From assembly GCA_032718475.1 (NCBI GenBank), contig JAUCBJ010009062.1, positions 1-64,000 on the forward strand: DNA of 64,000 bases, read 5' to 3'. Position numbers and translations under genes: made by a program. Below are positions 23,558 through 33,000 of this stretch, one piece after another; positions within the stretch are counted from its first letter, which is position 1, and each line of letters opens with the position of its first letter. The notes under the pieces are model-generated. The model saw nothing but the letters and a program-made list of their open reading frames with translations. It did not search any database and was not told the DNA's origin. The stretch comes from Nemertoderma westbladi. Taxonomy: Eukaryota > Animalia > Xenacoelomorpha.

Positions 23558-24185
23558 TTCCAATATAGTTGCGTATCACTATTAAATTATAAAATAAATA
23601 AAAATTATCCTAAATTTCGTAACTTCGTAATGCTATCACTCCATCGTCATCGTCAACGCTATTTGCATCATGACTAAATAATATATGAACTAACATTTTT
23701 TTTCTTTTTTTTTTAAAACGTAAACGAAATTTAAAATAAAATTAAAATTGCAATTTCGGCACAATACAATACAGTTACTATTATTAGAAAAATAAACTTA
23801 AAATAAAATTTAAAACTGAAATTTCGGCACATTAAAATAAAGTTACTATTATTAGAAAAATTGCACTGATATATGGCATCGCAGAATATACTCAGGATCA
23901 CTGGCCGACATCACCATAATAACCCAACCGGTGTACCACATCACGATTCTCTGAGAAAAAGAAGGTAAGAGGCAAAACTAGCTATGCTACTGCTTTCTCT
24001 CCTTTTTTTTTTTTTGAACAGAACATAAAACGAATAACGCACCGTCGCACCCCCTAAAACCATATTACATCAGAACAAAACAAAAATTACAAACAAACGT
24101 TCACTGGTGCAATGATTTTATAATTAAATATTGTGGTATCCCATTATGCGAATAATACACGAGCTCGTTCGAGCTCCATTGATTG

Positions 24186-25610
24186 AGGGCATTGTTTATT
24201 TGGGGCAGATTTTATTAGTTTTATAATGCTAGGTGTGGACAGTACTTTAAAGGATGAGAGTGACGCGCTGGCCACAGAGTTGTCTGGTTCGGTAATGCTT
24301 AATGTACCATCTGGTTCAAAGCTGCAGAGGGGATCGCGTATTCCAGATTCAGTCGCATTCATTTCGTCTAGATTATCTCTGATAATTTGTATCTTTGTAG
24401 CAAAGTGGTCAGCGAACATGTTGGCTAGTTCGGTAGGAGAGCTGTGGGCGGGATAAGTAATATTTTTATGTTGCTTTGCAAGCGACCTAACCAGGCTGAA
24501 CAGCGCCTTCTGATCACCATTACATGCATCAATCTCGCCCCGGTAAAAGGATCTACGGTCGGAAATTAATTGTGCTGTGTATAGTTTCCTAATTCGTTTG
24601 AATTCCGCCATGTCAGTAGGTGATTTCGATTGCCGCCAACGCCGTTCAGCAGTCCGGCGTTGGGACTTCAGTTTCCTAGCGTTCCCGGTGAACCATTTTG
24701 GACCAGAGCGTTCAGTAATTGATTTGGTCTTTATTGGGGCGTGTTTGTCAATCAATGCAGAAAGCGTTTTATTGTAGGTTAATGCCTGTTCGTCAATGTT
24801 GAGAGCGGTAAATGATGGTTTACAGAGATCTGAGTTGCATATATCCCTGTTCAAATCGTCAACTACTACTGACCCTATATTTCGAAATTGAATAGTTTTA
24901 GGAATAGATTGGGGCTTCGGTATAGAAATGAGGCATTGCACCACACAGTGATCGGAAACGTAATACGATCCGGTCGGTGGACTTACAGTCAAATCGCCGC
25001 AATTTCTAGTCATTATTAGGTCAAGTGTGTGTCCGGATTCGTGGGTTGGGATGGAAACGTGTTGTTGTAAGCCTATACTGTCAAGAATGTCCAAAAACTT
25101 AGATGCATCGTAATTATCTTCTATGTCTACATGTATATTAAAGTCGCCTACCACAATTAGTCGCTCCTCACAGCAAAGCCATGGTTCGATGAATTTCGGG
25201 AATTCGTCAAAAAACGTTAAGCATGTAATGGGATGAGCTGTACTATATGGTGGGCGGTAGATAACGACCAAACATAGTTTGGTGTTAGAAGATTTAATGG
25301 ACCATACTGAGTATTCGAATGAGCTATTTTCGTTAGTGCTGTGCAGTGTGTAGTGTAATGAGTCTTTTAGAATTACACCGGTGCCTCCACCAGGGCGGTT
25401 AAGCCGTGGTGAGTCATCGATAGTGTATCCCTTTGGAGCGCAAAGGTTCTTTGCAACTGTATCGTTAGCGCTGAACCAGGTTTCTGTTAGCGCGCATATG
25501 TAAATATTATTGTTGGAAATGAATTCCACAATCTCGGCGCTTTTGTTTCGGGCTGACCTGGGGTTCATAATGCAAAGGTGAAGTGAGTTGCCAGGTAACA
25601 TGTTGTACAC
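24186..25610 (-). pseudogene. L2 ORF2, 5' part (APE endonuclease and linker)
   Basis: Motifs NPRSARNK, LTETW, GGGTG, IYRPP, GDFNIH, HTLDLI and SDH. The last 13 residues of the track ORF (24144-24185) come from the inserted CR1 tail. Confidence 0.92.
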
Positions 25611-25628
25611 ATGTTGTACACATGTAAC

Positions 25629-26217
25629 ACGTACACTAGGAATAATATTACAGAACTGGCTGCACCTTGTTTTATGCCAGATTTAAATTGGAACTCGCTG
25701 GAGAAGTCATTATTGAAAAACACTACTCCTTTAGATAGGTGGTACATTGCTGCAATCGAGGCCAACATGACAGACCCAATACCAATAACCATTAGTTTTT
25801 TTATTAATATTGATCGGGAAATTCGGTCAAAGGCACCTTTATAATCAAGGAATACAATGTATAATTTGGATGAGCGTTTCTTTGCAATTTCAATTAGAAT
25901 TCTCACTATAAAAACTTATCTGCACAGCTACGTTTTGTTTGATACGCAGTTTGTTCCTCAGCTGGTTGGAACCATTTCGTAAGACGCTTACATATAATGA
26001 AGTCATAGAGTTTAGATAACAGATATATCAGCGTAATTGGGCGGTAGTTCTTCGGTAGGTAGGATGCACCTTTCTTGAATATGGCGCATATGTTTAACGC
26101 CATCCATCTAGTTGGATATGAGGCATTAACAAATATACAATTAAATAGCATGACAATGATAATAATTAATGTATACGGCGCATTATGTAGCATCTGTGGA
26201 CACCATTCATCGACACT
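25629..26217 (-). mobile_element. Upstream piece of element X RT (frameshifted, 5'-truncated)
   Basis: IFKKG...NYRPITL...EEQTAYQ, a frameshift near 25906, then FLDYKGAFDRISR...GIKQGAASSVILFLVY. Confidence 0.85.
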
Positions 26218-26584
26218 TGATTTGTTTTTTAGGAATATCCTAGGAGAATGAGACTGGGGGGACATAATCTCCTAAGAGATTAAGCTCGTGGGGACAGATT
26301 CCACAGCAGCCAAGGCACAGACTGACAGGGGGCAAATTCTCCTGCTACACCGGGACTGTATCATACAAAGCCCTGCAGTGTGCCTTTGTCAGCTTGTTTA
26401 GTGCTACGTCCAATAGGCAGCTAGACCTACTGACCTACCTACTGCTGTACCGGTACTGTCTGACAGTTAGTCGGTTAGTATACTGGCAGACTGGTATAGC
26501 AGTGTAGGAGTGTAGGTACCTACTGCTGTACTCTTTAAGTGCCGATACCTGGAAACCGTAATATATCCGAAATACTGTAACACC

Positions 26585-27479
26585 ATGAAGAATGCTGTAA
26601 ACCCGCCAAAGACGAAACACGGAAAACGCGTTCTGGAAGAAAAGCAATCAAAAATTATAGAAAATACTAAAAAGGCGATTTTTATAAAAGGCAGTGGCTG
26701 TAACTCTGAGATGTCAACTCTTCTAAAAGACTTGTATTCCTTTATGAAACTGGAGGGAATGTTGATGCAAAAGAAGAATGCTATGCGGCCTTTCCTAGAT
26801 AATTCGAAACTTGAATATTTCTGCAAGAAGTACGAAGACTGCAGTTTATTTGCGGTCGGCACTCATGCGAAGAAGAGACCGAATAACTTGATAATGGGGC
26901 GAACCTTCGATCAACACGTCCTTGATATGTTCGAATTCAGTGTCAACGACTTCCGTTCACTAACGGAATTCAGTAGTTCGTTGCGTTGCACTCTAGGAAC
27001 TAAACCTTGTCTTGTATTCACCGGAGAGGAGTGGGATTTCGATCCTTTTGCTGCGAAGTTAAACAATTTCTTTGTTGATTTTTTTCATGGCAGCGAAGTG
27101 ACTAAAATATGTCATTCAGGTTTTGAACTCGATTTGTGTTTTACTTTCGTAGGTAAATTGATTCAGGTTCGAAGTTATCGGATTCTATTAGACAGGCAGA
27201 ACGAGGCGTCCCCTAATGTAAGTCTGCAAGAGATGGGACCCAGTATGTCTCTGCCCTAGGCGACATAGACTGGCTAGTGAGGAGTCCATGAGGGCAGCTA
27301 CTAAACGGCCTAAACAGATCGCGGCGGTGAGGAGGGCGAATAAGAATGTGAGCTACGACGCGTTTAGGAGTAAGTTGGGACGGATTCATTTACAGCGGCA
27401 GGACTTCAAGCAGCTCAAAGGGGTCGGCATTAAAGGATTAAAGAAAAACATCCGGGTTAAACAACCAACCACAATGTAA
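26585..27479 (+). CDS. RPF2: Ribosome production factor 2 homolog (Brix domain), intronless, frameshifted at 27254-27260 (possible pseudogene, recoded gene or sequence error)
   Basis: PKTKHGKRVLEE..KIIENTK, RPF, DCSLF..HAKKRPNNLIMGRTFD..LDMFE, GTKP, NFFVDFF and EMGPS match RPF2. The +1 frame continues RRHRLASEES..KRPK..KNVSYDAF..GRIHLQRQD to TAA at 27479. Confidence 0.9.
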
Positions 27480-27513
27480 TTATTTTACTTTCAGAACGGC
27501 TATTATGTGTTTG

Positions 27514-27546
27514 GAGTAATGTCTTGGTTAGGCCAAGACATTACTC
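27514..27546. other. Perfect 14-bp inverted repeat (hairpin) downstream of RPF2
   Basis: GAGTAATGTCTTGG-TTAGG-CCAAGACATTACTC. Confidence 0.85.
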
Positions 27547-27947
27547 GTTTATCATGTTCTAATAATAGACATTACCAGTGCTTTATTTACTTTCTGTATT
27601 TCTTTGATTGGGTCTGTATCACATACCATTATTATGTTCCCTCTCCTTAAGTCTACACTATACTAGGTCTGAGACGGGGCACCGGCTCCTTAATAATTTT
27701 TTGTACCGCAAAGTATAACTGATTAGTTGAAAGTATATTTTATTGAACTTTATTGACTTATTTTGATTTAGTATTTTGGTTAGGTTTTGTCAGTTAGTTG
27801 GTTATACTATAAAAAATTAGCGGAATTTCTGACATTATTTCATAGCAGCATAGTTTAGTACATCAAAACGGTTAGGTCCTTCAGTGGAGTGAATTAACGG
27901 TTGTGGGGTGAGTAACGCGGTGATTTAAATATAATGTAAATAGGACA

Positions 27948-28099
27948 ATATGATAATGATCTCCATAGCGAAAAATATCAACCGACCCTGTTGGGGCTCG
28001 AACCCGGTACCTAGGTTTCCAACTTCCGGTTATCTTCAGCCGTGTGTAGCTGAGCTACCAGGCCGGATGAATATTTCGCTATGGAGTGGGAGATCATAT
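27948..28099 (-). mobile_element. tRNA-like Pol III cassette (SINE-head-like) framed by ~30-bp imperfect inverted repeats
   Basis: The minus strand has an A-box-like TAGCTCAGCT, a B box GGTTCGAGCC, complementary ends CCGGCCTG/CAGGGTCGG and a T5 run. The IR core CTCCATAGCGAAA (27961-27973) pairs with TTTCGCTATGGAG (28074-28086). Confidence 0.65.
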
Positions 28100-29085
28100 T
28101 TAGGCCAACTAATCACTCAAAGGAAAGTAGAACTTTCGTTATTCCTGTGCTCTGCCAGAAAAGGCAACCAAAGAATAACTATTATACAGTGTTGTAGAAA
28201 CCGTTTTATCTCCGTCCCATCCATACACTATACAGATATAAAGGCACCCACCCACCCTTCTTCTTAAATAGTAATAATTTTGACGGTTTTATAAGCTGTT
28301 CCAAAAAATGTAACAATGATTCGTGGTGTGGCCACTCCACAAACCAGCGGATTCTCAAGGATATTGATGGGGCCTGTCGCAGCGCACTAATGCGGTCTCG
28401 GTCGATCATGTACTTAATGTAGATATGTCTCTCTGATCTAAATCTACAATTCCGTTTAAATTGATGCTAATTGATTGCCTAAGATCTCTCAAACCGAAAT
28501 TGCTATAGAAACCTCATAGTTTTTCTAGCCATCTTATAGACGGAATTTTAGATTTTGAACAGAAACAAGTTTAATTGTAGCTCAGGGCTTTAATAACTAA
28601 TTTAACCTGTAACTTTATTCATTCACAATTTTCATTCTTCCAGTTCCGGTACCAATTGCTCGGTACTATAATAATACAATTGGGGTGTCGGTTCGGGTGA
28701 CTTGATCTTAATTTCGCGTGATTTATTTTAGTTGATCACACATTTAACGAACCTGTTATAGGAAATGAGCATGTTGCAAATATAGTAAATTTTAAGAAAT
28801 AATTGTATCTTTAAATATTTTCTAAATTCTATTTGTTTGAAGCTTTTATTTAATTTTTTATTGTTATTTATTGTTTTTAATATTCTTACGTTTTCTAAAT
28901 GTTCTTTAAATAACATTACGCTGTTTCGAAACATGTGTTTAGAACAACTCCAATGATTTTTTAACCCCTAAAAAATGCAATTATTTCAATTAATTTTTCC
29001 CAACTGACACCGATACCCCGGTTGGTGTTCCGATAACTTTATTTATTATTGTTATTTACAACGTGTTTAATTCTATTGATTCGAG

Positions 29086-29985
29086 ATGTACGTCGTTGGG
29101 CTACTCACGAAGGTGAATGCCGCATACCGTGCCGGTAATAGATACTGCAGTAATAAAACGATAACGCATTCACTGAGAAAGGAAATACTAAGACAATCTC
29201 AAGGGGGCGCTATCAATGTTACATACTCTGATACCTTAGCGACAGTAACCATTAGCAACCAGATTCAGAGGAACGCTTTAACTGGTTCAATGATTCTCCA
29301 ACTATCCGATATAATGGACGAGTTAGAACGATGGGAGACCGGAAAGGGTCTAATACTTATTGGCCAATCAAATCAGTTCTGTTCGGGCGGTGATGTAAAG
29401 AACTTACTGCGAGTTCTACCCGGCGGCCACAATGGGGCGTCTGTGTTAGGGGATACGATGTATGACGTCACTGGTAGGTTGCTACGACTCCCGTTAGTTA
29501 GCGTGAGCGTAATTCAGGGTTCTACTTTGGGGGGCGGGGCCGAGCTAACTACGTCAACGGACTTCCGGTTGATGCAGGAAGGTTCTCGATTAGGTTTCGT
29601 GCAGATCCATTTGGGCGTCTCTTGCGGCTGGGGCGGGGCAACTAGACTTTGCCAACTCGTAGGTAAACAGACCGCGTTGCGACTTTTACTCTCCGGCCGG
29701 ATATTAATAGCGGAGGAAGCGATGGATTTGGGTTTAATCGACGGGATTATTCCTCGGGATTGCCCCGATGTCGCCGCTTACTGTGCCGACTGGTTATCGA
29801 GCTACACTGTCGGCTCTCGGTCCGGTATACTAGCCGTAAAGAACGTTTGTCATCTCGCGAGTCGCGAATTCGGTTCATCACTGGTCGTAGAACGACGGGA
29901 GTTTAGTCGGAATTGGGGATCTCCTGAACATTACGATGGGTTTAACAATCCCAAAAAAATTAAAGTGATTCTGAAGAAATTATAA
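29086..29985 (+). CDS. ECHDC1: Ethylmalonyl-CoA decarboxylase (crotonase/enoyl-CoA hydratase family), intronless, 299 aa
   Basis: RNALTGSMILQL...LERWETGKGLIL..FCSGGD, LPLVSV, GGGAELTTSTDFRLM, FVQ..G..GWGGATRL and ER..F...WG match ECHDC1. Confidence 0.88.
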   Translation: MYVVGLLTKVNAAYRAGNRYCSNKTITHSLRKEILRQSQGGAINVTYSDTLATVTISNQIQRNALTGSMILQLSDIMDELERWETGKGLILIGQSNQFCSGGDVKNLLRVLPGGHNGASVLGDTMYDVTGRLLRLPLVSVSVIQGSTLGGGAELTTSTDFRLMQEGSRLGFVQIHLGVSCGWGGATRLCQLVGKQTALRLLLSGRILIAEEAMDLGLIDGIIPRDCPDVAAYCADWLSSYTVGSRSGILAVKNVCHLASREFGSSLVVERREFSRNWGSPEHYDGFNNPKKIKVILKKL

Positions 29986-30029
29986 TAAGTTTGTCTCAAT
30001 CCATGTGGTTTGTAAACTGAATCAGTAAA

Positions 30030-30041
30030 AATAAAAATAAA
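30030..30041 (+). promoter_or_regulatory. Tandem AATAAA polyadenylation signals of ECHDC1
   Basis: AATAAA occurs at 30030 and 30036, about 45 nt after the stop codon. Confidence 0.6.
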
Positions 30042-30054
30042 TATGTTCCAGAAC

Positions 30055-33000
30055 TTTCGATACCGTAGGTCCCTATATTTCGATACCGTAGGTCCCTATA
30101 TTTCGATACCNNNNNNNNNNNNNNNNNNNNNNNNNNNNNNNNNNNNNNNNNNNNNNNNNNNNNNNNNNNNNNNNNNNNNNNNNNNNNNNNNNNNNNNNNN
30201 NNNNNNNNNNTTTCGATACCGTAGGTCCCTATATTTCGATACCGTAGGTCCCTATATTTCGATACCGTAGGTCCCTATATTTCGATACCGTAGGTCCCTA
30301 TATTTCGATACCGTAGGTCCCTATATTTCGATACCGTAGGTCCCTATATTTCGATACCGTAGGTCCCTATATTTCGATACCGTAGGTCCCTATATTTCGA
30401 TACCGTAGGTCCCTATATTTCGATACCGTAGGTCCCTATATTTCGATACCGTAGGTCCCTATATTTCGATACCGTAGGTCCCTATATTTCGATACCGTAG
30501 GTCCCTATATTTCGATACCGTAGGTCCCTATATTTCGATACCGTAGGTCCCTATATTTCGATACCGTAGGTCCCTATATTTCGATACCGTAGGTCCCTAT
30601 ATTTCGATACCGTAGGTCCCTATATTTCGATACCGTAGGTCCCTATATTTCGATACCGTAGGTCCCTATATTTCGATACCGTAGGTCCCTATATTTCGAT
30701 ACCGTAGGTCCCTATATTTCGATACCGTAGGTCCCTATATTTCGATACCGTAGGTCCCTATATTTCGATACCGTAGGTCCCTATATTTCGATACCGTAGG
30801 TCCCTATATTTCGATACCGTAGGTCCCTATATTTCGATACCGTAGGTCCCTATATTTCGATACCGTAGGTCCCTATATTTCGATACCGTAGGTCCCTATA
30901 TTTCGATACCGTAGGTCCCTATATTTCGATACCGTAGGTCCCTATATTTCGATACCGTAGGTCCCTATATTTCGATACCGTAGGTCCCTATATTTCGATA
31001 CCGTAGGTCCCTATATTTCGATACCGTAGGTCCCTATATTTCGATACCGTAGGTCCCTATATTTCGATACCGTAGGTCCCTATATTTCGATACCGTAGGT
31101 CCCTATATTTCGATACCGTAGGTCCCTATATTTCGATACCGTAGGTCCCTATATTTCGATACCGTAGGTCCCTATATTTCGATACCGTAGGTCCCTATAT
31201 TTCGATACCGTAGGTCCCTATATTTCGATACCGTAGGTCCCTATATTTCGATACCGTAGGTCCCTATATTTCGATACCGTAGGTCCCTATATTTCGATAC
31301 CGTAGGTCCCTATATTTCGATACCGTAGGTCCCTATATTTCGATACCGTAGGTCCCTATATTTCGATACCGTAGGTCCCTATATTTCGATACCGTAGGTC
31401 CCTATATTTCGATACCGTAGGTCCCTATATTTCGATACCGTAGGTCCCTATATTTCGATACCGTAGGTCCCTATATTTCGATACCGTAGGTCCCTATATT
31501 TCGATACCGTAGGTCCCTATATTTCGATACCGTAGGTCCCTATATTTCGATACCGTAGGTCCCTATATTTCGATACCGTAGGTCCCTATATTTCGATACC
31601 GTAGGTCCCTATATTTCGATACCGTAGGTCCCTATATTTCGATACCGTAGGTCCCTATATTTCGATACCGTAGGTCCCTATATTTCGATACCGTAGGTCC
31701 CTATATTTCGATACCGTAGGTCCCTATATTTCGATACCGTAGGTCCCTATATTTCGATACCGTAGGTCCCTATATTTCGATACCGTAGGTCCCTATATTT
31801 CGATACCGTAGGTCCCTATATTTCGATACCGTAGGTCCCTATATTTCGATACCGTAGGTCCCTATATTTCGATACCGTAGGTCCCTATATTTCGATACCG
31901 TAGGTCCCTATATTTCGATACCGTAGGTCCCTATATTTCGATACCGTAGGTCCCTATATTTCGATACCGTAGGTCCCTATATTTCGATACCGTAGGTCCC
32001 TATATTTCGATACCGTAGGTCCCTATATTTCGATACCGTAGGTCCCTATATTTCGATACCGTAGGTCCCTATATTTCGATACCGTAGGTCCCTATATTTC
32101 GATACCGTAGGTCCCTATATTTCGATACCGTAGGTCCCTATATTTCGATACCGTAGGTCCCTATATTTCGATACCGTAGGTCCCTATATTTCGATACCGT
32201 AGGTCCCTATATTTCGATACCGTAGGTCCCTATATTTCGATACCGTAGGTCCCTATATTTCGATACCGTAGGTCCCTATATTTCGATACCGTAGGTCCCT
32301 ATATTTCGATACCGTAGGTCCCTATATTTCGATACCGTAGGTCCCTATATTTCGATACCGTAGGTCCCTATATTTCGATACCGTAGGTCCCTATATTTCG
32401 ATACCGTAGGTCCCTATATTTCGATACCGTAGGTCCCTATATTTCGATACCGTAGGTCCCTATATTTCGATACCGTAGGTCCCTATATTTCGATACCGTA
32501 GGTCCCTATATTTCGATACCGTAGGTCCCTATATTTCGATACCGTAGGTCCCTATATTTCGATACCGTAGGTCCCTATATTTCGATACCGTAGGTCCCTA
32601 TATTTCGATACCGTAGGTCCCTATATTTCGATACCGTAGGTCCCTATATTTCGATACCGTAGGTCCCTATATTTCGATACCGTAGGTCCCTATATTTCGA
32701 TACCGTAGGTCCCTATATTTCGATACCGTAGGTCCCTATATTTCGATACCGTAGGTCCCTATATTTCGATACCGTAGGTCCCTATATTTCGATACCGTAG
32801 GTCCCTATATTTCGATACCGTAGGTCCCTATATTTCGATACCGTAGGTCCCTATATTTCGATACCGTAGGTCCCTATATTTCGATACCGTAGGTCCCTAT
32901 ATTTCGATACCGTAGGTCCCTATATTTCGATACCGTAGGTCCCTATATTTCGATACCGTAGGTCCCTATATTTCGATACCGTAGGTCCCTATATTTCGAT

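Larger units (their letters stand above)
18567..24185 (+). mobile_element. Full-length, apparently intact CR1-group LINE (Crack/Daphne-like) with ORF1 and ORF2
   Basis: It has a 5' UTR, ORF1, an ~800-bp spacer, ORF2, and a 3' UTR ending in the GAGCTC-GTTC-GAGCTC hairpin and an (ATTG)2 tail. Removing it restores the L2 reading frame exactly. No TSD. Confidence 0.9.
16584..25628 (-). mobile_element. L2-clade LINE lacking ORF1, inserted in element X and interrupted by a CR1-group element
   Basis: It carries the typical L2 3' end (GTAAGCGCC...GGCGCTATACAAAT stem-loop, then (TAT)n tail) and an APE+RT ORF2 in two parts. The 5-bp duplication ACGTA is at 16579-16583 and 25629-25633. Confidence 0.92.

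Noticed and set aside
2315-24777. Short antisense or alternate-frame ORFs overlapping Gypsy and LINE ORFs
   Set aside because: These are shadow ORFs of the real coding frames and carry no independent motifs.
27981-28066. Functional tRNA gene
   Set aside because: D-loop GG and a canonical anticodon arm are missing, so it is reported as tRNA-like only.
28206-28409. 67-aa minus-strand ORF with moderately high GC
   Set aside because: No recognisable motif and no supported gene structure.
28677-29024. Possible MITE bounded by 16-bp imperfect inverted repeats
   Set aside because: Only 13/16 identity with no convincing TSD; it would need a copy-number search.
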